Shown one piece after another: positions 10,298-19,452 of a stretch of DNA of 54,277 nt. Source of the stretch: Nanobdellota archaeon (lineage in GTDB: Archaea; Nanobdellota; Nanobdellia; Woesearchaeales; CAZZGN01); NCBI GenBank assembly GCA_051819665.1, contig JBNJDG010000005.1, forward strand, positions 1 to 54,277. Direction: 5' to 3'. Each line of letters begins with the position of its first letter. Positions within the stretch are counted from its first letter, which is position 1. The notes beneath the pieces were generated by a model. That model made no database searches, was not told the origin of the DNA, and saw only the letters and a list, made by a program, of their open reading frames with translations. The position numbers were made by a program, and so were the translations under genes.

Positions 10298-11605
10298 TTA
10301 TCGATCATTTAAAGGTTTCGAAACCTCATATATGTCTACCTCTGGATTAGAATATGCTTTTTTAAATGTTTCGTTATTCCTGAGGAGAAAGAGGAGCCCT
10401 TCTTCCTCTTTATCCCACACCTGACCATCCCTCATCTCCTCATCTATCCATATATAGCTGATATTATTATCCTTCAGATAACCCCTCGTCTCCTCAAGGT
10501 TCCTCGAATAGAAAATACTGTCAGCTATTTCCTTGTACTTACGGGCAGCCCCATTATTATTGTAGAAATAATCATCAAAGAGAACCGGCTTATCAGAGAA
10601 ATACTCTATCCACAGCCCTTTCTCATGATGGGAGAGAACTTTCCCCTCTTCCTGTCCGGCAAGCCAGTGGAGACTTTCTACCTGATCTTCTGTAGGTTCA
10701 TCGGGCCTGTCTACGAATGAGACAAGCGAGAATACCAGGCCGGATATTATGGTTATCACGGTCAGGTATTTCAGGGTTTCAGAATACCATTTTCTGTCAA
10801 TTATCTTAGCAAAACCATAGGCGGCAAAATAAGTCAGGAAAAAGGACAGGTAAAGCGGCTGGCGGAAAACGAAAAGGAGCGATGCTATTATTATGGAGAT
10901 CCTGTCACCTATCAATAAGCCGACAATACCAAGGAGTATCTTGAACATGCCCAGCCCGCCTGAAGCACCAAAATCAGATATCATATCTTTGAATATATTC
11001 CCCTGTGAAAATGAAGGGCCAAGAAGATGCGGAGAGCTATTAAAAAGTACAATGCTCACACCTATAAGAAGGAATAATATAGCCAGATTCTTCCAGTTCC
11101 TCCTCCTGACAACATAAAAACCAGATATAAGAGAAGGTATTATCCCCGATAATCCTGTAATAAGGAAAAAGGGCAGGGAAAAAAGGGATCCTCTCTCCAG
11201 AAGATAGAAGGAAACAAGCATAAGAGTGACCACAAAGCCCATCTCATTGGGCACAGAGAAAAGCCTCATAAAAGCGGGAGAAAGGACAAAGATGAATATC
11301 ACTAAGGGCCTCAAGGTATCATCCTTTATCCTCCTTGTAAGCAGCCATAAGAAAAGGAGACTCACAAGACCGAGAAAGAAAGGCATCAGCCTCACCGAAT
11401 CTTCAGAGAGCTGACCCACCAACTCGTTGTAAGGACTGCTTTCAATAACCCTTCCATCATAGGCCATATCATCAAATTCCTCAAAATCACCGGCAATCCT
11501 CAATGAGAGATAAGGTGAAGTGCCGTCCATAACCGGGTCCAGCAGAGGCACAGCAAGTATCATCAGACCGATCACAATTCCGGCTATACTGTACTTATCC
11601 GCCAT
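10298..11605 (-). CDS. Polytopic membrane protein, probable GT-C fold glycosyltransferase
   Basis: Many TM helices, soluble C-terminal domain (WL...VLS...G.WIEYFS...ISYIWID); start moved to MADK. Confidence 0.6.
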   Translation of the reverse strand: MADKYSIAGIVIGLMILAVPLLDPVMDGTSPYLSLRIAGDFEEFDDMAYDGRVIESSPYNELVGQLSEDSVRLMPFFLGLVSLLFLWLLTRRIKDDTLRPLVIFIFVLSPAFMRLFSVPNEMGFVVTLMLVSFYLLERGSLFSLPFFLITGLSGIIPSLISGFYVVRRRNWKNLAILFLLIGVSIVLFNSSPHLLGPSFSQGNIFKDMISDFGASGGLGMFKILLGIVGLLIGDRISIIIASLLFVFRQPLYLSFFLTYFAAYGFAKIIDRKWYSETLKYLTVITIISGLVFSLVSFVDRPDEPTEDQVESLHWLAGQEEGKVLSHHEKGLWIEYFSDKPVLFDDYFYNNNGAARKYKEIADSIFYSRNLEETRGYLKDNNISYIWIDEEMRDGQVWDKEEEGLLFLLRNNETFKKAYSNPEVDIYEVSKPLNDR

Positions 11606-13076
11606 GCTTTTCCTCCATCTCACATTTCACCTTGTAGAATGCCTCATTCGACATCCTTTCGAAACACTTGTCCTCAAGGTAATCTATCTCATCTATGCCC
11701 ATCACATTTCTTAAATCATCATTGACATATATATAATCAACTCCGTACTTTGTAAGAAGCGGTATTGCCTCTGTCTGATAGCTGGTTGTATATATAGTCT
11801 TTATATCATTCACCCTCTCCCCCGGATCAGGCGCCTGCAAGAAATTGGTATCAGCAACATTCTTCCTCTTCGAATAATAAGAGATGAAATTTCCCCTGAA
11901 AGCATCAGCCAATATAACCGAATCCTTATCCGTATTCTCCCTCAACCATAACATGTCCTCAACCTCACTATGGTCAAAGGCTGCATCAACATTATCCATA
12001 GCTGCCCGAAAAGTTCCCGGGACAGAGGTAAGGACAAAGACAAGGATTATGACTCCGAATACTATGTTCCTGTTCCTTATCTTGGTCTTCTTGATATAAG
12101 TTTCAAGACCCTTATAATAATAGGAGAAGAGTATTATGAAGAGTATGGCGAGTATGGAAAGTCCGAAACCCAGGCTGATCATCCTGAACCAAAGGGCAAC
12201 GAGGACCGCAAGCATTATGCTCATGTAAAGGTAATTCCTCTTCCTCTTCTTCCTGAAGAAGAAACTGTATATAACATAAACGCCCGAAAGGAAAGGGACA
12301 ATCCCAATTCCGGCTATTCCTTTCACTATATTGAAATCCGGGAAAAAGAAAGATCTGAGAGACATCGGGATATTCTCCCATATTATATTGGGTCCTGTCT
12401 GTATTAAAGCTGGCTTATATAATAGGAAATAAGCCCACGCCAGAAAGAATGTTGAAAAGAGAATAAGTTCTGTTTCCTTATTATCAAGGTTCATCTCCTC
12501 TGTCCTTATGAGCACCATATAAACCAGGAGAGATACTATGAATAGGATGCTCAAAGGATGGGTGAGAAGCATCGCAAGAAAGGCGATGACGAAATAGGTT
12601 ATGTTTCTCCTGTTAAGGTCAATGAAGAAATACAAAGCGAGGAAGAACAAAGGTATGAAAAGTGTTATCGGGCTTGCAGAATTAAGGGTTGTCCTAGTGA
12701 AGACAGGTATGAATATGGCCATGAAGGAAGCTATTATCGAAATCCTCCTATCACTGGTCAGCTTTAGAGACACAGCGTATATTATGAATATCAGAGATGC
12801 TGAAATAAGGGCCGGGACCACTTTAGCAGCAAAGGCGACGGGCATCAGGAAGGAGAAAGCCGCAAGAAGATAATAGAAAAGCGGGGCATGGACACTACTT
12901 CTCCCCCCATAGCTCAATTCATCCTCATTGAGCGGGACACCCTCTTCCATTATGTTCTCAACATTCCTGAGGGTAAGATATGCCTGGTCTCCCGTGAACT
13001 CATCCGTCATTCCTGTATGGACCAGATTGAACGTAAGGCTCAACAGGAAAAAGAGCAGCAACAGGTATCTTTTCAT
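11595..13076 (-). CDS. Polytopic membrane protein, probable GT-C fold glycosyltransferase
   Basis: GDQAY early loop, HAPLFYYLLA, THP, C-terminal WLRENT...GNFISYYS...YGVDYIYV; paralogous layout to the adjacent gene. Confidence 0.65.
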   Translation of the reverse strand: MKRYLLLLFFLLSLTFNLVHTGMTDEFTGDQAYLTLRNVENIMEEGVPLNEDELSYGGRSSVHAPLFYYLLAAFSFLMPVAFAAKVVPALISASLIFIIYAVSLKLTSDRRISIIASFMAIFIPVFTRTTLNSASPITLFIPLFFLALYFFIDLNRRNITYFVIAFLAMLLTHPLSILFIVSLLVYMVLIRTEEMNLDNKETELILFSTFFLAWAYFLLYKPALIQTGPNIIWENIPMSLRSFFFPDFNIVKGIAGIGIVPFLSGVYVIYSFFFRKKRKRNYLYMSIMLAVLVALWFRMISLGFGLSILAILFIILFSYYYKGLETYIKKTKIRNRNIVFGVIILVFVLTSVPGTFRAAMDNVDAAFDHSEVEDMLWLRENTDKDSVILADAFRGNFISYYSKRKNVADTNFLQAPDPGERVNDIKTIYTTSYQTEAIPLLTKYGVDYIYVNDDLRNVMGIDEIDYLEDKCFERMSNEAFYKVKCEMEEKHGG

Positions 13077-13153
13077 AACACCCGAGAGAGGTTTTTACAT
13101 ATATAAAACTATTTAGCAAGATATTTAAATCAAGCCTGATTATCCATAGATGT

Positions 13154-13822
13154 ATGATTTCAAGCGGATGTAAGGGATTCGATGATTTTCTCGGCGGAGG
13201 ATATGAAGGAGATGTTATAACCACCATCTATGGACCCGGCGGTTCGGGAAAGACAAACCTCTGCCTTCTTTCTGCAAGGGAGACACTCAAACAGGATAAG
13301 AAAGTAATATACATAGACACTGAGTCATCATTCTCTACCGCCAGATTTGAACAGATAGCTGACAAGGAACTCATGAAAGGCATAATATTCCTCTCCCCTG
13401 TTTCTTTCGAAGAGCAAAAGAAATCTTTCGAGAAATTGAGGAACATAATCAATGATAAGATCGGCCTTATAATAGTCGACTCGATAGCCATGCTATACAG
13501 GCTGGAATTCGGCAAGACCAATGACATCTATGAGGTAAACAGGAGCCTCGGGCTTCAGATATCCTATCTTACAGAGATAGCAAGAAAATGGAAAATACCA
13601 GTCCTGGTTACCAACCAGGTATACTCGAATTTCAAGGATAAGGACTCCGTGAACCTCGTTGGGGGAGACATCATAAAATACGGTAGTAAATGCCTAATTG
13701 AACTCAAAAAAGGCAAGAGCAACAACAGGACAGCTATAATAAGAAAGCATAGATCTCTTCCCGAAGATAAAGAGTACGGATTCAGGATCACTGACGAAGG
13801 CATCAGGCCGAAAGATTTATAA
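13154..13822 (+). CDS. radB: DNA repair and recombination protein RadB
   Basis: GPGGSGKT, IIVDS, TNQV, C-terminal KHR motif, no N-terminal HhH domain. Confidence 0.93.
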   Translation: MISSGCKGFDDFLGGGYEGDVITTIYGPGGSGKTNLCLLSARETLKQDKKVIYIDTESSFSTARFEQIADKELMKGIIFLSPVSFEEQKKSFEKLRNIINDKIGLIIVDSIAMLYRLEFGKTNDIYEVNRSLGLQISYLTEIARKWKIPVLVTNQVYSNFKDKDSVNLVGGDIIKYGSKCLIELKKGKSNNRTAIIRKHRSLPEDKEYGFRITDEGIRPKDL

Positions 13823-13845
13823 TCTTATTCTGAATAGATATATTT

Positions 13846-14967
13846 ATGAGCAAGCTTCTCGAATACTTCCAAAAGACGAAGATTCCTTACCTTTTTGAGA
13901 GGATCAGTCCCATACTCATAAAACCTAAATCGAGCTCCATCACGATAAGCCTTTCAAGAAGATTCCTCCTTTTCAAGCTAATAAATGAGATAACGAACAA
14001 GATAGAGAACGATCCCCATCTCAATTTCATCAGCCTTCTTAAATACTACAAGGTATTGGGCAAGTTCCTTGAAGGCACCATCTACGAATTCCATAGGGAC
14101 AGGAACAAGGCGTATTTCAGGAATTTTTTCATTCATAAGGATGTATACAAGAAGGTAAAAGGGAATATCGAATATGCGTACTCTATAAACAAAGAGGCCA
14201 GGATGACCATCACTAAAGAAGGCATCACCATATACAACAACTACAGGAAGAACAAGTTCAACATACTCCTCCTGACAATACATGCAGGAACATTCGTGCC
14301 CCCCAAAATACAGAAGAAGATGAATATGACAAAACAGGAGAGGTACAAGGAAGAAGACGTCTTCACGGACAGGATATATTGTAAGCTTGTCCTTGAACAG
14401 GGCGGGATATGGATAAACAACACGATGTCAAGGTTCTACTGCGACCTGAACAGGAACATGTCAAGATGCATTTATGGCAAAGAGGACCATAATGTCTCCG
14501 GGAACATATGGGAAAAAGAACTCAGGAAAAGCGAGATAGAAGAGATACACAATTTTTATGGACAGTTCTATTCTATGCTCACGAGATTGCTGGAGACCCA
14601 TAGTTTTAACATCATATTCGATGCACATTCGATGAAAGATTCTGAAGGAAGACCGAATATAAGCTTCGGGACCCATTACATTCCCAAATTCTACCTGCCT
14701 ATAGTCAGGAGCATACAGGCGAAAGTGAGAAGCCTCGGTTATAACAAAGTTGCCATCAACAAACCTTATGGTGGAGGATTCATACTTAAATGGATGTCAA
14801 GGAAATACCCTGACAGATTCATCTTCTCGATGGAGATAAACAAAGCGCTTTATATGACACAGGACAGGCTGAAAGAATATGATAAACGGATAAACCAGCT
14901 TTCAGATGCTCTGATGAACATCTTCGATATCAGGGAGGAAGAAGGTTTCCGGATGGAGAAGAGATAA
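13846..14967 (+). CDS. N-formylglutamate amidohydrolase-like Zn hydrolase with N-terminal extension
   Basis: TIHAG, EEDVFTD, SRFYCDLNR, FDAHSM, INKPYGGG, MEINKALY. Confidence 0.8.
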   Translation: MSKLLEYFQKTKIPYLFERISPILIKPKSSSITISLSRRFLLFKLINEITNKIENDPHLNFISLLKYYKVLGKFLEGTIYEFHRDRNKAYFRNFFIHKDVYKKVKGNIEYAYSINKEARMTITKEGITIYNNYRKNKFNILLLTIHAGTFVPPKIQKKMNMTKQERYKEEDVFTDRIYCKLVLEQGGIWINNTMSRFYCDLNRNMSRCIYGKEDHNVSGNIWEKELRKSEIEEIHNFYGQFYSMLTRLLETHSFNIIFDAHSMKDSEGRPNISFGTHYIPKFYLPIVRSIQAKVRSLGYNKVAINKPYGGGFILKWMSRKYPDRFIFSMEINKALYMTQDRLKEYDKRINQLSDALMNIFDIREEEGFRMEKR

Positions 14968-14999
14968 TTTTATAAAAAATAATCGCTTCCCTGTGCCCC

Positions 15000-15794
15000 A
15001 TGAAATGCTTATCGGTGTTTGACCAAGAATATAAGACACTGGAAAGGCACATTCTTGAAGAGGGCAGTAGAAAAGACAATCAGCTTACAATTATCCCTCA
15101 TTCTGGACTTATGATTCCTGAAAGCCTCATAAATTTCTTTTATACCGACAAAAAGACCATGAATGAAATATTTAAGGACGGCGACCCATGGCTCGATCTT
15201 TTAGAGATAGAAGAGTCAAAGAACATGACTTATCTTCTTCATAGAGACTCAGGTGATCCAAACAGGGAAACTGAAGATAATTACTTCATCAGGAAAAAGA
15301 GTTTTGACCGGTTTGAACTCCATGAATCAGAGATAACGGAAGAGGCAAGGGAAGAAGCAAAAAGACTCGTTAGAGAATACACAGAATCAATTGGAAAGAG
15401 AATTGAAGACCATAAAAGAAGATACCTATTAGTACCACATATCCACTCGATGGAACCCACAACACCACGAGGACACAAGCATAAATTAAAGAGACCGGAC
15501 ATCAACCTTGTTTTTGGCGAAGGAGAATCGCTTATGCCAAGAAAAGTACAGAGGATGATCGAAGAGCAATTCTATGAAAATTTTCAGGGATATTCTATAA
15601 AAACGAATGAACCTTTCTATAAAGGAGGATACCTTCTACAAAAATTTTCAGACTATAATAAAGGAGTTGTATCATTTAATATAGAAATAAACAAAGGAAT
15701 CTACATGAACGATAAAAACCCTGTCAAAAAAGAGATGAGCGAAATATCAAGGAGATTAAATGAAACGTTCTATGAAATAAAGAAAGAACTCTAA
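15000..15794 (+). CDS. Second N-formylglutamate amidohydrolase-like protein
   Basis: IPHSG, DGDPWLD, DPNR, HIHSM, RPDINL, NEPFYKGG, IEINKGIY. Confidence 0.75.
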   Translation: MKCLSVFDQEYKTLERHILEEGSRKDNQLTIIPHSGLMIPESLINFFYTDKKTMNEIFKDGDPWLDLLEIEESKNMTYLLHRDSGDPNRETEDNYFIRKKSFDRFELHESEITEEAREEAKRLVREYTESIGKRIEDHKRRYLLVPHIHSMEPTTPRGHKHKLKRPDINLVFGEGESLMPRKVQRMIEEQFYENFQGYSIKTNEPFYKGGYLLQKFSDYNKGVVSFNIEINKGIYMNDKNPVKKEMSEISRRLNETFYEIKKEL

Positions 15795-17152
15795 TGCTCG
15801 ATCTTATCCAGTTTCTCCTTGAACTTATAGAGATCCTTCTTATAATCCTTTGAGTATTTTACCGAAGCTTCCTTGACGATCTCCTCATCAAGGTCGCCCT
15901 TATAACCTTTCCTCCTGAAATAATCGACGATCCGGTCGGAAACGGTCTTCTTTGAGTTTATCATCTTCTTGATAGGCTCAAGGAGAGGATGATAACTCTC
16001 TTTCGTGACTCTCTTGGCGAACTGATAGAAGTTTTTCACATAAGTATGTACCTCCTTATCAGCGAGGCCTTTGTAAGCCGCTCTTTTCTGGAGTTTCGTA
16101 ACCACAGAGAAGGGAGGTATGAACACCATGTTATTCTCCACAGTAAAAGATTCATCAACACCCATATCAATCGGCATGACTATCCTGAAATTCTGCTGCA
16201 CCTCTCTCAGTACAAACTTGAGCAAGGTGGATATGCCCATGATATTCGACATGAAATTCATATCATAACCCCTGTATTCAAGAGTCCCGTGAGGATTTAT
16301 CTTCACCGGGCTCCAGTTATACTCAAGCATCTTCTCCTGTTTATCATACTTGTCTATAGAAAAACCATTCCTTCTGATAAGATTAAGCCATTTCTCATAT
16401 CTTCTTTTCTGTGTCGAAATAAGATCCTGTGTAGTGAATTTATACTGCGCTAAAGCACCATAAAGCCTGTGTCTTGAATAAAGACCTTCAGGATAACCGA
16501 GGAAACTACCTCCACGATAAACGACAACCCTCGAATCCTTGGCAACATAACTACCATCTACATAAGGGGATGACTGGCTTAATGTTGTAAGGACAGGATC
16601 AAGTGCAGTGATAAGATTAAAACTGTCAACAAGCGTCTTGTTCACCTTCGAATTCTTGAGTATCTTCACATTCTTCGTCTTAGGGTCAAAGAGTCCCCGG
16701 GGCAGAGCGTAATGTTGATGACATCCACAACAGTAACCTGCATACTTGAACTTACTCATACCAAAGACCTTCTTCTTTATAGCATAAGGTTCCGCTTCCC
16801 TGAATTTAGGATTGTTCTTCCAGAAATAAGTACCGAAAGGATAAAGAAGCTTTCCCTTCTTCTCCGCAACTTCCTGAAGAGCTATATGATTGTCGATCAT
16901 AGACATGCTGGAAGTCTTGAGCCTCTTCGCAGGAAAGCAGCTCATCTCGATCATGCTCTTCGCACATTCCTTCTGTACATCTACCCCTGCATCCTTTGCT
17001 TCGGAATACAGCTTATCGGAATGATCGAGACTTCCATCCGAATTAAGGATGAACTGTTCGGTCTCATACCCTGACATCGACCTTTTGAGAGGCTTCCCAT
17101 TGGTCTTCTTCGGAAACAATCTGTTTGTAAGTTTCTGTCTGGAGTTTATCAT
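15791..17152 (-). CDS. Glutamate-cysteine ligase family 2 (GCS2/YbdK-like) carboxylate-amine ligase
   Basis: GYETEQFIL, KECAKSMIE, GCHQH, SSPY, DSR, GTLEYRGYD. Confidence 0.75.
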   Translation of the reverse strand: MINSRQKLTNRLFPKKTNGKPLKRSMSGYETEQFILNSDGSLDHSDKLYSEAKDAGVDVQKECAKSMIEMSCFPAKRLKTSSMSMIDNHIALQEVAEKKGKLLYPFGTYFWKNNPKFREAEPYAIKKKVFGMSKFKYAGYCCGCHQHYALPRGLFDPKTKNVKILKNSKVNKTLVDSFNLITALDPVLTTLSQSSPYVDGSYVAKDSRVVVYRGGSFLGYPEGLYSRHRLYGALAQYKFTTQDLISTQKRRYEKWLNLIRRNGFSIDKYDKQEKMLEYNWSPVKINPHGTLEYRGYDMNFMSNIMGISTLLKFVLREVQQNFRIVMPIDMGVDESFTVENNMVFIPPFSVVTKLQKRAAYKGLADKEVHTYVKNFYQFAKRVTKESYHPLLEPIKKMINSKKTVSDRIVDYFRRKGYKGDLDEEIVKEASVKYSKDYKKDLYKFKEKLDKIEH

Positions 17153-17261
17153 GATAATAAGGAAGCTTGAATGGTCATATATAATTTTTTGTATTCAAAG
17201 ACCCAGATTTAATCGACATTATGAAAAAACTTATAAATTAATTAATCAAAGATAATAATTA

Positions 17262-17546
17262 ATGCCCGAAAGAAAGGATACCAAGAAAAACAAGAAGAGC
17301 TCTGGAAGCCTTCTCGCAGAGGGTTCTTCAGCGGTTCTGAATAAAGTGAAGAATTCTGTCAAAAGCAGCATAAATGAAGTCAAGCGGGACTTCACCGATG
17401 CATTCTTCGACAAATTGATGACCTTCGCAGGCATCATTTTCATAGCAATCTCTGTCACTATATTACTTTCTTGGTTTATCGGTCCCGCGCTATCATTCCT
17501 GATAGTGGGCATAGTGATTTTGATATGGTCTAAACTCCGGAGGTGA
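17262..17546 (+). CDS. Small two-TM membrane protein
   Basis: Basic N-terminus, two hydrophobic helices. Confidence 0.65.
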   Translation: MPERKDTKKNKKSSGSLLAEGSSAVLNKVKNSVKSSINEVKRDFTDAFFDKLMTFAGIIFIAISVTILLSWFIGPALSFLIVGIVILIWSKLRR

Positions 17547-17552
17547 GATTTA

Positions 17553-17903
17553 ATGCCAAAAACAACAAAGAAAGGTACAAAAAGAAAAACAGCCAAGAAG
17601 GCTACTAAAAGAACAACAAAAAGCAAATCGAAAAAGAAGAGCACTGCTAAGAAAGCAACCAAGAAGACAGCAACTAAGAAAGACGCAGCTATGCAAAAGA
17701 AGCTTAAAGAATCCAAAGCTAAAGCAAAGAAGGGCATGAGTGAAGCAAGGAAAACCTTCAACTCTGCAGAGAAAGAGATCAACAAGCTTCTTGAGAAGAA
17801 CCCAAGTAAATCTGGATCGATGGCTACAGCAGTGAAATCGGCTTTTAACACTGCAGTCAAAGAAGCTGTCACTAAAGTTAGGAAGAAGGCTAAAAAGAAA
17901 TAA
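17553..17903 (+). CDS. Lys/Ala/Thr-rich basic protein (histone H1-like composition)
   Basis: Repeated TAKKATK; GGAGGTGA SD; T-rich tract after stop. Confidence 0.75.
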   Translation: MPKTTKKGTKRKTAKKATKRTTKSKSKKKSTAKKATKKTATKKDAAMQKKLKESKAKAKKGMSEARKTFNSAEKEINKLLEKNPSKSGSMATAVKSAFNTAVKEAVTKVRKKAKKK

Positions 17904-18025
17904 GCCTTTTTCTATTTTTTTCTTATTGTTTTATACTAAATTATTCCTACTTGATTCTATAAGATACAAACAAAAAGTCTAAATAATAACCAATATTACC
18001 ATTATAACAATTATAGGTGCTTATA

Positions 18026-18226
18026 ATGTATACAACCATTGCAGTTTCCCCAAAGGTAAAAGAAGCCATAAAAGAATATGGAAATAAAGGCGAAACTTAT
18101 GACCAGATCCTCTCTAAGATTCTTAAAAGTGCAAAAGACAGACAGATACAAGAACTTCTGATGGACACTGAAGGTTATACCACTGCAAAAGATGCCCTGA
18201 AAAGAGCTAAGAAAAAATGGCAGTAG
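18026..18226 (+). CDS. Putative antitoxin (ribbon-helix-helix-like)
   Basis: TTIAVS...GETYDQIL pattern; AGGTG SD; overlaps the downstream toxin-like gene. Confidence 0.7.
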   Translation: MYTTIAVSPKVKEAIKEYGNKGETYDQILSKILKSAKDRQIQELLMDTEGYTTAKDALKRAKKKWQ

Positions 18227-18555
18227 TCTTCGTTCTACCTTCACTTGAAAAAGAAATAGACAAGAAATTCAAGAAAGAATCAATAGACATATTCTCATTA
18301 ATGTATTCGCTTGAGGGAAGGGCAAAAAAAGGGAAATTGGTTGGAAAAGTGGGAGATGTAGCTGTCAAGGAGATAAAATACAAGAGATTCCGGTTTTATT
18401 TCATAATAGATAATCATAAAGTAAAGTTCCTCTCTGCGGATGAGCTAAAGGATCTTTTCATTAAGTTTGTCAGGATGTCAGATAAAAAAGAGCAGCATGA
18501 AACAATCGAAGAGATAAAGCATATCCTTAGGAATCTCGGAGAGGAAGGATTCTAG
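18217..18555 (+). CDS. Putative RelE/ParE-like toxin
   Basis: 112 aa, basic, KEIKYKRFRFYF strand; type II TA arrangement. Confidence 0.55.
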   Translation: MAVVFVLPSLEKEIDKKFKKESIDIFSLMYSLEGRAKKGKLVGKVGDVAVKEIKYKRFRFYFIIDNHKVKFLSADELKDLFIKFVRMSDKKEQHETIEEIKHILRNLGEEGF

Positions 18556-18564
18556 AAACAATAT

Positions 18565-18589
18565 GAAAGCCTCCGGCGGGAGTTGCACC
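18565..18589. repeat. Exact 25-bp duplicate of the tRNA-Thr 3' end
   Basis: GAAAGCCTCCGGCGGGAGTTGCACC at 18565-18589 and 18659-18683. Confidence 0.95.
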
Positions 18590-18661
18590 TACACGCAAAC
18601 TTTTTACAAAACTTTGACCAAAACAATGCCATAAAGGCATGATTCTTCAAGAAATCAAGAA

Positions 18662-18734
18662 AGCCTCCGGCGGGAGTTGCACCCGCGACCTCGAGATTAC
18701 AAGTCTCGCGCAATAGCTACTATGCTACGGAGGC
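18662..18734 (-). tRNA. tRNA-Thr(UGU)
   Basis: Acceptor GCCUCCG/CGGAGGC, anticodon arm CGAGA-CUUGUAA-UCUCG, U73, no encoded CCA. Confidence 0.93.
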
Positions 18735-18777
18735 ATTAACCAACTCGAGCAAGGGAGACCAGATTCCTTTAAAAATG

Positions 18778-19374
18778 TTACTGATAATGGTCACTGGGAC
18801 CATGGACCTGATTTATATCAGGAGACTTATCATCATATTTCAGGAGGTTCAGATAATCCTTAATTATACCCTGCAGAGTCTCCGCCTCCTCTATCAAAAG
18901 GTTCCTGTTAGCATCCATATCCTTTGCATTGATCCTCTTCACATACAAATCCAGAAAATGTTTCAGCAACCAATTATTCCTCCATTTCATCTCAGCATCA
19001 TACTCTAGGTAGCCCCAGACTTTCACTTCGATAGTACCTTTCTGTACCTTGAATTTCTTGCCCTCCTGGGCAACCTCAGCATCTTTGATACCGACAGCTT
19101 TTATCAATACATCATACCTTCTCTGATAGAACTTCACACCGCCGGGCTCCTTGCTGAATCTCCAGTGGATGATCAACTCCCTTCCTCTTTTCTGGGAGTT
19201 CCTGTCCCTCTGGTAAACCTCAGGGAACTTATCCTCATCACCGCAGAACTCCTCCTCCACGAACCACTCGTGAAGCATAGTATAGAAAGCTTTCAGATTA
19301 AAGACGTTGACATCCTTCACCCTAAAGTAAACATTACTCTTATAGATCAACCTTTTCCTGGGGTCCTCGACCAT
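18778..19374 (-). CDS. Hypothetical protein
   Basis: 198-aa ORF divergent from the GTPase gene, TATA upstream. Confidence 0.7.
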   Translation of the reverse strand: MVEDPRKRLIYKSNVYFRVKDVNVFNLKAFYTMLHEWFVEEEFCGDEDKFPEVYQRDRNSQKRGRELIIHWRFSKEPGGVKFYQRRYDVLIKAVGIKDAEVAQEGKKFKVQKGTIEVKVWGYLEYDAEMKWRNNWLLKHFLDLYVKRINAKDMDANRNLLIEEAETLQGIIKDYLNLLKYDDKSPDINQVHGPSDHYQ

Positions 19375-19452
19375 AATATTAATACCCCATCATGATATTT
19401 ATAAAGTTTTCTGCAAAATGTTTTTATATACCTTGCCTTCACATCTGCCAAA

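Noticed and set aside
17246..17872. 208-aa hydrophobic minus-strand ORF
   Set aside because: Antisense mirror of Lys-rich codons in two plus-strand genes that have SD or promoter support
17903..17908. AAGCCT as a distal att site enclosing the TA pair
   Set aside because: Only 6 bp match the tRNA-Thr end; expected by chance
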